This document shows, piece after piece, positions 1 to 14,146 of a stretch of 64,000 nt of DNA. Each line of letters begins with the position of its first letter. Position 1 is the stretch's first letter. A program made the position numbers and the translations under genes. The stretch is from the human T2T-CHM13v2.0 reference genome, Homo sapiens. The stretch covers positions 11,328,001 through 11,392,000 of the forward strand of contig CP086569.2 in NCBI GenBank assembly GCA_009914755.4, written 5' to 3'. The notes beneath the pieces were generated by a model that worked only from the letters and a program-made list of their open reading frames with translations, did not search any database and was not told where the DNA came from.

Positions 1-250
1 CTATGCTGTATCCCAGAGGTCTTGATAGGTTGTGTCATCCAGTTCGAAGAAATTTTTTACATTTCCATCTTGATTTCATTTTTCACCCAATGCTCATTCT
101 GTGAGGAACAACCAAATTGTTTTCTGCAGCAAGGGCATCATTTTCTATTCCTAGCAGCCAGTTCATGAGGGCTCCAACTTCTCCACCTCCTTAGCAACAT
201 TTATTTTCTGTGTCATTGTTATGAAAGCCTTACTTGTGGGTGCAGAGTGG
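1..250 (-). mobile_element. LINE-1 fragment (ORF2 3' region) in antisense orientation
   Basis: L1 antisense motifs (..ttccacagcaa..gcatcattttctattcc..). Positions ~100-245 are ~90% identical to 1470-1615, i.e. the same L1 segment is present twice. Confidence 0.55.
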
Positions 251-289
251 CATGAATGAAGTCAATTAACATGTTTATTACCTCACAGA

Positions 290-1470
290 ATAGTTACCTT
301 TTTGTGTGCATGTGTGGGATAAGAAAACTTAACCCTATCCCCTGTGACTGAATAGTGGCCATTCCAGCTGCTCCAGGCTCCGGCAGAGGAAGACCAGGGT
401 AGGTGGCTCCACCAGGGTGACCCTCAGGTCTGGCGCTCACGCATTCCAGAAGCCACCCAGACCATGCTCCCCTGCCTGGGCGCCCAAGCTGCAGTCGCCC
501 TCTGTGTGCAGGCAGCAGCTGCCTGGCAACCCCCGAGCCCACTCGCGCTCCCACCATCGCAGAACCAGGGCCAGGTGTCCCAGTGGCTGCGGCCAAGCCA
601 GGCATTCTGCCCTGCGGCAGCAGCTGCACAGGAGCGAGAACTGAGAACCCACCGCTCAACCCCACATGGGGTGACTGCCGAGTGCCCATACAAACGGCTC
701 TGATCTCCCTCAGGTGGAGGAGTGGGCGGGAGGCACGGCCTGGGGGGCCCTCAGCCTGGGCGCGCTGGGTAGATCCCAAGGCCAACCAGGCCACGCACCT
801 CCAGCTCGCCTGGGCACCCGAGCTGCAGCCGCCTTCTGCGTGCAGGCAGCAGCCTCCAGGCAACTCCCGAGCCAGCCCACACTCCCCACATCTCGGATGC
901 AGGGCCAAATGTCCCTGTGGCTGTGGCCAAGCCAGGCGGTCTGTCCTGCAGCAGCTGCACAGGGGCGGTAACCGGCCCTCAGCCCCATCCCCGGTGGCTG
1001 CAGAGGGCCCCTGGATAGAGATCTGGAGCTATGGCAGAGGAGGAGACGGGTGGGGGCAGGGTCTGGCAGGCTCTCAGCCCAGGGGTACCCGCGATCCAGA
1101 GGCCGCCCAGGGTATGCTCCACCAACTGGGTGCCCAGCTACAGGCGCCGGGCAACTCTCAAGCTGGCTGGCGGTCCCAGCCTCGCAGAACCGGGGCTAGA
1201 TGTCGCCGTGGCTGCGACCAAGCCAGGCGGTCTGCCCGGGGGCGGCTGCACCGGGGCAGGAACCGACCCTCAGCCCCATCCCCGGTGGCTGCAGACGGCC
1301 CCTGGGGTGGCCCCGATCTCTCTTCGGAGGAGAAGAGGGGCGGGAGTCACGGCCAGGCGGGCCCTCAGGCAGGAAGGGATGCGCGCCTGCGATTCCGGGA
1401 CGTCCCGCGCCAGCCCAGGAGAACCCGCAAGCCAGCGGCGCCTGTTTCTCTGTGTGATTCTTTGAGGAAC
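290..1470. repeat. GC/CpG-rich tandem repeat, ~330-bp period, ~3.5 copies (possibly an old L1 5'UTR-type tandem array or VNTR)
   Basis: Units starting ~472, ~800 and ~1130 share '..gcagcagctgc..caagccaggcggtctg..cagccccatccccggtggctgcag..'. The 297-aa ORF 583..1476 is read-through of this repeat. Confidence 0.5.
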
Positions 1471-1475
1471 CACTA

Positions 1476-3850
1476 AACTGATTTCCACAGCAAGTGCATC
1501 ATTTTCTATTCCTAGCAGCCAGTTCATGAGGGCTCCAGTTTCTCCACCTCCTTAGCAACATTGATTTTCTGTGTCGTTGTTACGAAAGCCTTACTAGTGG
1601 ATGCAAAGTGGCATCTCATTTGGGTTTTGTCTTGCATTTTATTAATGAATAACGGTGTTTAGCATCTTTTCTTGTCCTTCTTAGACATTTGTGTATCTTC
1701 TTTGGTGAAATGTCTATTCAAGTCCTTTGCCTATTTTTTAATTGGGATCTTAGAAATTCTGTTGTTGAGTTGTGGGATATTAAGCTTTTATCAGATTCAC
1801 ACTTTGATTTTATCAGATACATATATTCTCACATATTATGGGTTGTCTTTTCACTCCCTTGATAGTATCCTTTGATGCATAAAGGGTTTTTATTTTGATT
1901 AAATCTAATTTTCGTGTATTTTCTTTTGTTATCTGTGCTTTTCTGTCATATTTCAAAATACACTTAAAACTGAAAGGTCATAAAGGTTTACCGTGTGCTT
2001 TCTTCTAAGAGTTACATATTTTTAGTCCTTACATTTAAGTCTTTTATTAATTTAGAATTAATTTTTGTATATACTGCAAGGTAGGGGTCTAACTTCTCTC
2101 TTGTGCACTGACATCCAGCTGTTGAAGAGACTGTTCTTTCCTCCCTTGACTAGATTTGGCCACCTTGTTGAACAGTCACCTTGTTGAACAGACTAACTTG
2201 TAGGATCTCAAATCTATTCTATTGTATTTGTCTGAAAGTCTATTGGTCTTATTCCAGTACCATACTCTCTTGATTACTGTAGATTTGTAGTAGGCTGTGA
2301 AACTGAAAAAATGTGAGTTTTCCAATGTTCTTTTTCAAGACTGTTTTGTCTGTGAGATCCTTTGAATTTTTGTATGATTTTAGAATGAGTTTCTTTGTTT
2401 CTGCAAAAATGCCTTTGGGAGTTTGATGGTATTGCATTGAATCTGTAGATTACTTTAGATGGTATTGTCATCTTAACAATATTGTCTTACAACCCGTGAA
2501 CACAGAATGTCTTTCCACTTATTTCCACTCTCTTTAGTTTTTTTCAGCAAAGTTTTTGTATACCACCACGGTTAGATTTATGCCTGAATAACGTATTCTT
2601 TGATGTCATTATAAATGGAATTTTTAAAATGTTTTCATAGTTCTTTACAACTATATAGGAATATAGCTCATTTGCCTATGTTTGTTTGCATCCTGCCTCT
2701 TTTATTAGTTATAATCCATTTTGTGTTTTGTTTGGAGCTTTGTACCCATAAGATCATGTGTAGATATAATTTTACACCTATTTTTTATTTCCAATTTAGA
2801 TGCCTTTTATTTCTTTGTCTTGCCTAATTGCTCTGGCTAGAACTGCCAGTGCTACGTTGAATACAAGTGGCAAATGCACTATCCTTTTCTTCTAGATGTT
2901 AGAAAAACAGCTTTCAGTGTTTCATCATTGATCATGATATTAACTGTTGGGTTTTTGTACATCCCATTGTCATGTTGCAGAAGATCCCTTCTATGCTTAG
3001 TTTATTGAGTATTTTTATTATAGAAGGGTGTTGTATTTCATCAATGTTTTCTCTGCATCAATTGAAATCATCACGTGCTTATTCATTTTACTTTTACAGC
3101 ATATTACACTGATTGATTTTTTATATGTTGAACCACCCTTGCATTTTGGGGATAAATCTCAAAGGGTGATAGTTTACAATCCTTTGATTATACGGTATTG
3201 CTGCTAGTATTTTGCTAGTATTGCTAGTATTTTGCTGAGATTTTTGCTTATATATTCATAAGGGATATAGTGCTGTATTTCTCTTGTGCTCTCTTTGTCT
3301 TTGGTATGAGGATAATGCTGTTATCAAAAAATGAATTAACAAGTATTCCTTCTTCATATATTTTGTCAGAAGAGTTTGAGAAGAAATGGTATTAATTATT
3401 CTTTAAATGTTAGGTTGACTCACCACTTAATGCAGCTATTTGGTCACAAATGTTTCTTTGTTAATCGCTTTCGATTACTAATTCAATCTCCTAGGTTATA
3501 GGTCTGTTCAGATTTTCTCTTTCTTCTTGAGCCACTTTGGTAGTTTGTGTCTTTCTAGCGATTCATCCATTTCATCCAGGGCACTTAATTTGTTGCTAGA
3601 CAGTTGTTCACAGTATACTCCTGTAATCCTTTTGTATTTCTGTAAAGTTGGTTGTAATGGCTCTGCTTTCATTTATTATTTTAATAATTAGTCTTCCATC
3701 TTTTGCTCAGTCAATATAGTGAAAGGCTTGATCTTTCAAAGAATCCACATTTTTTCATTCTACTGCTCTCCAATCTTCTATTTTATTGATTTATGCTCTA
3801 ATTATGTTCTTTATTATTTCTTTCCTTCTGCTAGCTTTGGATTTAGTCTT
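1476..3850 (-). mobile_element. LINE-1 (older primate L1) ORF2 region, antisense
   Basis: Runs colinear with L1 antisense from the ORF2 C-terminal region toward mid-ORF2 (e.g. '..cttgcctaattgctctggctagaactgccag..ttgaatac..'). Confidence 0.8.
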
Positions 3851-4098
3851 CCACCTGAATTTATTTTGGGAGTGATATTGTTGTAACTTCATGGAAATAA
3901 TACTAGATAGAAAGTTAGCAGATGGATTCTCTATCTGATGAGAGTTTTGGGCAAATCGAATACCAAGTTGCCAAGTTTTTTTTCTCTGACGCAAAAAACA
4001 ATTTAGCAGCCGGTGAGAAACTCTCACAGCTCTGGATGTGAGTTTAGGACACTGCATTTCTACCATTCAATTTCTTACTAGTTTTTTGCACAGGGATC

Positions 4099-4248
4099 AT
4101 GGCACAAGTTGCAGTTTCCACCCTGCCCATGGAAGATGAGGAGTCCATGGAAGATGAGGAGTCCATTGAAGATGAGGAGTCTGTTGAAGATGATTCCGTG
4201 GAAAGCAGGATGGTGGTGACATTGCTCATATCAGCTATCGAGTCCACG
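4099..4248 (+). other. exon-like ORF, copy A: MAQVAVSTLP + 3.5 x (M/I/V)EDEES 18-bp units + SRMVVTLLISAIEST, ending at a GT donor (gtgaga)
   Basis: ATG in a gatcATGG context. It is 150 nt and in frame, followed immediately by gtgaga. It is part of duplicated segment 3851-4390. Confidence 0.4.
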
Positions 4249-4395
4249 GTGAGACCTTCTGTTCTAACATGATATAATTGGGTAGAACTGCGTGGTAGAT
4301 AAGGTTGATTTGTTTTTGTAGAACTTATAATTTTATGATTTGTAGTTCTAATGAGTAGATCTTTTTCTGGAATGGTAGTTATGGTCAAACACTTC

Positions 4396-4500
4396 TAACA
4401 AAATGTGCCATGTTGTCCAGCCTGGTCTCAAAATATGGGGCTCAAGAGACCTGCTCACCTTGGCCTCCCAAAATACTGGGATTACAGGTGTAAGACCCTG
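4396..4500 (-). mobile_element. Alu fragment
   Basis: '..ggcctcccaaaatactgggattacaggtgtaag..'. Confidence 0.6.
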
Positions 4501-5010
4501 AATCTGGCCAGATATTTTTCTTTTTATGGCTGAATAATACTCTGTGTATGTATATGTTACATTTTCTTTATCTATTCACCTACTGATGGGCATTAGGTTT
4601 GGGCGACCTTTTGGCCACTGTGAATAATGCTGCTGTTAATCGGGTGTACAAACACCTGTTTGAGTCCCTGCTCTCAGTTCCTTTGGGTATATATGCTTAA
4701 AGGGTGTTGATGGATCATATAATTCTGTGCTTCATATTTTTAAGGAGCTGCTAAACCATTTTCCACAGTGGGCTGTACCATTTTACGTTCCAAAAAGCAA
4801 TGCATACAGCTTCCAATTTCTCTATAGCATTGCTGACAGTTAATATTTTCTGTTTATGTATTGTATTTTTAGAGTGTTTGAAATTAATCTGAGGCTTTTT
4901 GCTGATACCAAAATATTAGGAAAGGTTATCCAAAAATAATACTGCTTATTATAAGGGATTTTACGTGTTACTTGATGCTCTGTGATCTGTTTTCTAAGTA
5001 AGAAGAGGAA
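4500..5010 (-). mobile_element. LINE-1 3' end fragment, antisense
   Basis: 'ggctgaataatactctgtgtatg..ctactgatgggcattaggtttg..' matches the L1 antisense 3' region. Confidence 0.6.
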
Positions 5011-5016
5011 CTTCTT

Positions 5017-5330
5017 GGCTGGGCACAGCGGCTCATGCCTGTAATCCTAGCACTTTGGGAGGCTGAGGCAGGTCGATCACAAGGTCAGGAGTTCAAGACC
5101 AGCCTGGCCAACATAATGAAACCCAGTCTCCACTCAAAAAAAAAAAAAAATTAGCTGGGTGTGGTGGTGGGGGGGTGCCTCTAATCCCAGTATTCGGAAG
5201 GCTGAGGCAGAGAATTGATTAAACCCATAAGGTAGAGGTTACAGTGACTGAGATTGCACCACTGCACCCCAGTCTGTGTGACAGAGCGAGAGTCCATCTC
5301 AAAAAAAAAAAGGAAAGAAAGAAAGAAGAG
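5017..5330 (+). mobile_element. Alu SINE
   Basis: ggctgggcacagcggctcatgcctgtaatcc..., A-rich linker and poly-A tail. Confidence 0.9.
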
Positions 5331-5477
5331 GAACTTCTCTCCACCCAGCCTCATTCCACTGCACCAACTCTTCTCTGTCGGGTTGTGCAGGGGAGAAAGG
5401 GAGCTTGGCACCTCTTTGCTGTGTTGAATTGTGGTAGCCCATCACTGGGTTGTAAAGTTCCTTGCCTCCTTTCCTCC

Positions 5478-5765
5478 CCCCCTTTTTTTGAGACAGAGTC
5501 TCACTGTGTCGTCCAGGCTCAGGTGAAGTGCTGTGATGTCTGCTCCCTGCAAGCTCAGCCTCCTGGTTTCAAGTGATTCTCCTGCCTCAGCCTCCCAAGA
5601 AGCTGGGACTACAGGCACATGCCACCACACCTGGCTAACATTTTTTTATTTTTAGTAGAGATAGGGTATCACCATGTTGGGAGGCTGGTCTTGAGCTCCT
5701 GACTTCAGGTGATCCACCCACCTTGGCCTCCCAAAGTGCTGGGGTTAAAGGCATGAGACACTGAG
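5478..5765 (-). mobile_element. Alu SINE
   Basis: poly-T start, tttgagacagagtctcactgtgtcgtccaggctc... ending ..ggcatgagacactg. Confidence 0.9.
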
Positions 5766-6065
5766 TTCATCCACCTCCTCTTTTACTTGGGAGAAATGCA
5801 CAGATTCTGGGTGCATGTGCATTTGTTTTGGGAGTGATAATTGATCTAACTTATGGAAATAATACTAGATAGTTAGCGGATGGATTCTGTATCTGATGAG
5901 AGTTTTGGGCAAAACGAATTCCTAGTTTCTGAGTCTTATTTTTCCCCTGATTCAAGAAAACTGTGAATTATCCAGCTGGTAAAAAACTCTCACAGCTCTG
6001 GATGTGAGTTTAGGACACTGGATTTCTACCACTCATTTTCTTACTACTTTTCTTGTGCAAGGATC

Positions 6066-6179
6066 ATGGCAGAAGTTGCAGTTTCCACCCTGCCCATTGA
6101 AGATGAGGAGTCTGTTGAAGATGAGGAGTCCTTGGAGAGCAGGATGGTGGTGACATTCCTGTCAGCTCTCGACTCCATG
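6066..6179 (+). other. exon-like ORF, copy B: MAEVAVSTLP + 2 x (I/V)EDEES + LESRMVVTFLSALDSM, ending at a GT donor
   Basis: Paralogous to 4099-4248. The surrounding segment 5830-6300 is a direct duplicate of 3851-4390, ~1.97 kb downstream. Copy B has one 18-bp coding unit fewer. Confidence 0.4.
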
Positions 6180-6589
6180 GTCAGACCTTCTGTTCTAACA
6201 TTCTGTAGTTCGGTAGGACTGGGCGGTAGATAAGGTTGATTTGTTTTTGTAGAACTTACAATTTTGTGATTTTTAGTTCGAAAGAATAGACCTTTGTCAT
6301 GAACACCTCTGACCAAATGTGTGTGTGGAATTTCTACACTGATTTTTGGACAATCTGGATCCCAACTGGGTATCCCACAATTCCATCCTGACACTCCCTG
6401 CAGTTAGTGCAGACCCCGCAGGATGGGGACTCAGTCCCAGGAATCTACCCTCACTCCACATGCCAATTGAAAGTCTTGGGTTGTTACATGTAGTTTTGAC
6501 CAACCAGTTAGAAAACACGGTTTCTTGACCCCCATTGGTGGGTGGAATCATTTGCTCGGACAGCTTGCAGAAATTAGAAAAACAGATTG

Positions 6590-6895
<306 letters not shown>

Positions 6896-6961
6896 TACTT
6901 TATTTTACTGGTTCATTTTAAAGGCTAAATCTCAGAAACAGCCAGTGAAAGAGATGTACAT

Positions 6962-7305
6962 GCTGGGCACAATGGCTCATGCCTGTAATTTCAGCACATT
7001 GGGAGACTGAGGTGGGAGCATCGCTTAAGTGCTCAGGAGATTAAGACCAGCCTGGGTAACATGGTGAAAATCCATCTCTACAAAAAGATTTTTCTAAAAA
7101 TTAGCCAGGCACAGTTATCTATAGTTCTAGCTACTCAGTGCCTATAATTCTGGCTACTCAGGAGGCTGAGGTGAGAGGATGAGAGGATGGGGCTTGAGCT
7201 AGGGAGGCATAGGTCACAGTGAGCCACGATTGTGCCATGGCACTCTAGGCTGGGAGACAGAGCCAGACACTGTCTCAAAAAAAACAAAAACAAAAACAAA
7301 AAACA
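6962..7305 (+). mobile_element. Alu SINE
   Basis: gctgggcacaatggctcatgcctgtaat..., A-rich tail with (CAAAAA)n. Confidence 0.9.
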
Positions 7306-7817
7306 CACAGGGCAAGGTATGTTGAGAGGGGTACAGAACTTCCATGTCCTCTATTGTGCATGTTACCTTCCTGGTATCTCCCTTGTGTTCAGCAACCCAG
7401 ACATTCTCCAACTCCAGTTGTTGAGGGCGCTTATGAACGCTTCATTATGCAGGCATGATTGATGAAGTCATTGACCATTGGTGATTAAGTCAGTCTTCGG
7501 CCACTATTTCTTCCTGGAGCCCAGTGGGTGAGGCTGACAGTTCCAAGCCTCTAATCACATGGTTTGTTCTTCTGACAACTACCAGCCCTTTTTCTGAAGC
7601 TGTCTAGGAGCTTTCAGTCACCCAGTCATCTCAGTAACATCACCAAATCCATTCTTACTATGGTGATCCCAAAGGTATTAAAGGCTCCTGTGTTAGAAAC
7701 CTGCGACTAAGACCAAATATTGAAACAGAAGATGCCCCATCACCTTCATCACCAAGGCCTTTATAAGAACTTGAGAAGCTCTGTGCCAGGATGAGGGGCA
7801 GAAACCAAATGTGTATT

Positions 7818-8125
<308 letters not shown>

Positions 8126-8129
8126 TTTC

Positions 8130-8270
8130 TTATTTCTTTTTGTTGTTTAATTGAGGGGGTCTCACTGTGTTTCCCAGGCTGGTCCCGAAGTTTTGGCCTC
8201 AAGCATTTCTCCTGCTTTGACCTCCTAAACTGTTGGGATTATGGTTGTGAGCCACGGCCTCTGTGTCCAG
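8130..8270 (-). mobile_element. Alu monomer (FLAM-like)
   Basis: ggggtctcactgtgtttcccaggctggtc...gattatggttgtgagccac. Confidence 0.6.
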
Positions 8271-8631
8271 CAATCACAAGAGGTCTTTATAAGTGAAAGA
8301 GGGAGGTAAGAGAGTCGGAATTGAAGGAGATTTGATGATGGAAGCACAGGTCACAGAGGGAGATTCGAATATGCTTTGCTTCTGGCTTTGAAGATGCAGT
8401 TAGGGGCCATGAGCCAAAGAATAGGGGTGGCTTTAGCAACTGGGAAAAGCAAGGGAACACATTCTCTCCAGAACCTCCAGAAGGGATGCAGTCCTGCTGA
8501 CACCTTGACTTTAGCCTTAATAGACCTATTTTGGACTTCTGGCCCCCAGACCTGTTAGGTAGTAGATTTGTGGTGTATTAAGCCACTAAATGTAGGGTAC
8601 TTTGCAACAGCAGCAAGAAGAAATGAACATG

Positions 8632-8930
8632 AAGCCAGGGGTGGTGGCCCACACCTATAATTCCAGCTATTTAGGAGGCTGAAGCAGGATGGTTGATTTG
8701 GCCCAGGGGTTCAAGATAAGCCTGGGCAACAAAGTGATACCCTGTCTACATGGAAAAGAATTAGTGGCTGTGGTGGTATGCACTTGTAGTCTTAGCTACT
8801 AGAGGCACTGAGGCAGGACGATTTCTTGACCTAGGAGCTCCAGGTCTCAGTGCATTGTGATCATGCCATTGCACCCCAGTCTGAGTGACACAGCGAGATT
8901 GTATCTTAAAAAAAAAAAAGAAAAAAGAAA
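8632..8930 (+). mobile_element. Alu SINE
   Basis: gccaggggtggtggcccacacctataattccagc..., poly-A. Confidence 0.9.
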
Positions 8931-9550
8931 TGAGTGAGCATGGCAGGAATAGGAACAGATAGCAATATTAAATAGAGTGGTCAGGGTTGGCCTCCTAAGT
9001 GAAAATTGAGCAAAGACTTGAAGGAGGGGAAGGAGCTGGCCAAGGTACTGAGGGAAGGGCATTGTAGGCAGAAACAACAGAATAAAGATGCGAAGAGGGA
9101 ACTCCGTGGTGTGTCTGAAGCTCAGGAAAGAGGCCTGTGGAGCAGAGAGAGGGAGAGAAGTAGGGAAGGAGGCCAGGGAGTTGTTGGGTGCAGATCAGTA
9201 CAGATTGTGTAAGCCCTGGGAGGCTATTGCTGGGGCTTTGGCTTTTATTCTGTCTGAGATGGGAGATGCGGAAGGGTTCTGAGCAGAGAGGTGACACAAA
9301 TTGTCTACTGATTTAAAACCATCCCATGGTGGCTGAGTTGAGAAAGATTGTGGGAAGATTTGGGTAGAAGCAGGGAGGCCAAGCTATGGCAACCTCCAGG
9401 TGGGAGATGATAGTGGTTTTGACCAGGGTCCTGGCAATGGTGAGAGATGGTTGATTCTTGCTGAAATACTAAGTAATTAAAAAAAAAAAACAACACTACG
9501 GCTTTTCCCAGTTATATGAATATGGGATGCTGATTAAAGAAATCTTAAGT

Positions 9551-10010
9551 CGGGCCAGGTGCAGTGGTTTATGCCTGTAGCATCAGCTCTTTGGGAGGCA
9601 GAGATGAGAGAATTGTTTGAGTCGAGGAGTTTGAGTCCACCCTGTGCAACATAGCAAGACCTCCTCTCTATGCAAATAAAAATTAATAAAATGTAATTAT
9701 CCAAGCATAGTGGTATTTTCCTGTACAACCAGTTACTCAGGTTGTTGAAGTGGGCAGATCTCTTGAGAGAGGGAGTTTGAGGCCAGCTTGGGCAACATAG
9801 CAAGGCTCCTCTTTCTACAAAAAAATAAATAAATAAATAAATAAATAAATATTAGCTGGGTGTTTTGGTGATCATCTGTGGTCATAGCTATGGTGAGGCT
9901 GAGGCAGGAGGATCTCCGGAGCCCAGGAGGTCAAGGCTGCAGTTAGGTATGAGTGCACCCCTGCATTGCAGCCAGAGTGACAGAGTGAGACCCGGTCTCA
10001 GAATACAGAT
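9551..10010 (+). mobile_element. Alu SINE plus adjacent partial Alu right arm (with an (AAAT)n tail at ~9823-9851)
   Basis: cgggccaggtgcagtggtttatgcctgtag... then a second right-arm-like piece 9851-10010. Confidence 0.75.
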
Positions 10011-10406
10011 ACAAGTAAAGAAATCTCAACTCAGAGCAGTCTGTTTGTCACTATGCAGCCTTTGCAACCCCATAGCTGCGCGATTGGATTTGTGTTGCTG
10101 GAGGTGAGGAGACCTGTGCCCAGGTGTTGTTGCCTGTCTAATCAGTTTATTTTAAAATATATTAATGAAATTTATTTCATCATACTTTATGGTCTCATAC
10201 CTGAGTGGTTTTTTGAATTCTCCTTTGAATAGCTTGTAACTATTCAAACCTCTTATTGGTTCTATAATTAATTCTTTTTCTAATTAGCTTTTTAAAAATC
10301 AGAATTGATATTAGACTAATCAGTTGTTAATGAGGAGATGAAATTGAGTTGTTTGTACACTTTATCTAAGATAGTGTCATATTGGCTAACTCAAATCAAT
10401 AGTTGA

Positions 10407-10778
<372 letters not shown>

Positions 10779-10913
10779 AGTCTTTAATAAACTGCTGCCA
10801 TCATTTCAGACCACTTGCTATTTTAGGCAGTTAGAAATTTTTCACTGGAATTCATGTAAAGAAAGACCATGGGTGTTTGTACTGGATTTAGGATTCATCA
10901 TTCGACTGCATGA

Positions 10914-11697
<784 letters not shown>

Positions 11698-11769
11698 TTT
11701 TTAAAATAATAACGTTATTGAAATATGATTAACGTATCATGCAATTCATTTATCAAAGTACACAATTCA

Positions 11770-12075
11770 GGCCAGGTGCAGTGGCTAGTTCCTATAACGC
11801 TAAGACTTTGGGCAGCTGAGGCAGGTGGATCGCTTGTGTTCAGGAGTTTGCGACTAGCCTGGGCAACATGGCAAAACAACATCTCTAGCAAAAATACAAA
11901 AATTAGCTGGGTGTGGTGGCTCATGCCTGTAGTCCCAGCTACTTGGGGACATGAGACTGGAAGATCACTTGAGACCAGAAGCCATAGGTTGCAGTGAGAC
12001 CAGATGGCACCACTGCACTACAGCATGGGTGACAAAAGGATACCCTGTCTTTAAATAACTAAAGAAAAAAAGAAA
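11770..12075 (+). mobile_element. Alu SINE
   Basis: ggccaggtgcagtggctagttcctataacgc..., A-rich tail. Confidence 0.9.
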
Positions 12076-12633
12076 GTATACAATTGAGTGGTTTTTAGAA
12101 TATTCAAGGAGCTGTGCATCCATCACCACAGTCTTTCTTAGAAGTGATTACCCACTTATGAGTTACCCATTTATGAGTGAGAAACCCTCACCTCTTAGCC
12201 ACTACCTCCTACATCCCCCATGTTCATAGGCAACCACTGATTTATTTTCTGTCATTGTAGTTTTGCCTAATCTGGACCTTTTATAGAAATAGAATTGTAT
12301 AATGTGTGATCTTTTGTAGTTTCCTTTTTTTTTCTCTTAGCAGAATGTTTTCAAATTTCTTTCATGTTATAGTGTTATCAGGATTTCTTTCCTTTTACAG
12401 CTGAGTAATAGTTTATGTTTATCCATTCATTAGTTGATGGACATTTGTGTTGTTTTTGCGTATTCACCATCATGAGTCAGGCTGCTATGAACATTCGTAT
12501 GTAAGTTTTAGTGGGAACATATATTTTTATTTCTCTTGGATTTACACTCAGGAGTGAAATTGTTGCATTATGTGATTATTATACATTTAGTCTTTGAGAA
12601 ACTGCCACGTTGTTTTTCAAAGTGGTTACACTG

Positions 12634-12770
12634 GTCAGGCACAGTGGCTCACACCTTTAATCTCAGGTATTTGAGACGCTGAGTTTGGAGGATTTTCTTA
12701 GCTCGGGAGTTAAGGACAAGCCTGGGAAACATAGGGAAACAATGTCTTGATTTTTTAAAAAAATCAAATG
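12634..12770 (+). mobile_element. Alu left-monomer fragment
   Basis: ggtcaggcacagtggctcacacctttaatctcagg... Confidence 0.55.
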
Positions 12771-12855
12771 CCAGGAGAACACCCAAATTGATTACACCAT
12801 TTTATGTTCCCACCAGTAATATATGTGAGTTCCAATTATTCCAATTGTCACCAAC

Positions 12856-13145
12856 TTTTTTTTTTTGAGACAAAATCTTGCTCTGTTGCCCAGGCTGGAG
12901 TGCAGTGACATGAACATGGCCAGTGCAGCTGTGACCTTCCAGGCACAAGTGATCCTCTCACCTCAGCCTCCTAAGTAGCTGGGACTTACAGGTGCATGCT
13001 ATCATGTGCAGCTGATTTTTACAGTTTTTGGTAGAAATGGGGTTCTGTCATGTAGCCCAGGTTTGTGTCAAACCCCTGAGCTCAAGTGATCTGCCTGCTT
13101 CAGCTTCCAGAAGTGCTGAGATTACAGTTGTGTGCCACCACACAC
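12856..13145 (-). mobile_element. Alu SINE
   Basis: poly-T, gagacaaaatcttgctctgttgcccaggctggagtgcagtg... Confidence 0.85.
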
Positions 13146-13777
13146 GACTCGTGTAACCACTTTGGAAAGGAGCCACTGAGCTTGGCCTTCACCAGTATGT
13201 CAATATTTGTTAATATCGTTTTATTGTTTACAATTTTTCCATTTTTAAAAACTTATTCTTTTACCTGTATTATTGATTATAATAAACAATGAATAATTTT
13301 GTAGTAGAGTTGAGTCCCCCCAAAAAGTATTTATTGTTTAACTGAAGTAGTTTTTTTTAAACCTGGATATATATTTTTTCATTTTCACTCTATTTTTAGT
13401 GTTTATTTTTAAAAATTATTTATATGTATTTTTATTTTAATAGGTGTTTGAGAAACAGGTGGTGTTTGCTTCCATGAATAAGTTCTTCAGTGTTGATTTC
13501 TGAAATGTAGTACCCCTCATTACTCATTAAATTATATATTAAGTCATTATAAAATCATTAATAAACCAAGGACTTTAGTAAAATGGGAATTTTATTTTAA
13601 CTTGCAACCTGGGACGTAACTGTCAAAAAAATTAGAGAAATTACCACATTAAGGTTTTAAAATCTTGAACTGAAAAATGAAAACCTTGGTGCACCTAAGA
13701 ACCACCAGCCCACTGGTTAAGGTGAACAAAACTAAATGAAAAAATAAAACCAAGAAAACCAAACTCAGGATTATTAG

Positions 13778-14146
<369 letters not shown>

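Noticed and set aside
583-1476. 297-aa ORF (+), the longest in the track
   Set aside because: Read-through of a GC-rich ~330-bp tandem repeat. Low-complexity R/P/A/G-rich translation with no domain-like features.
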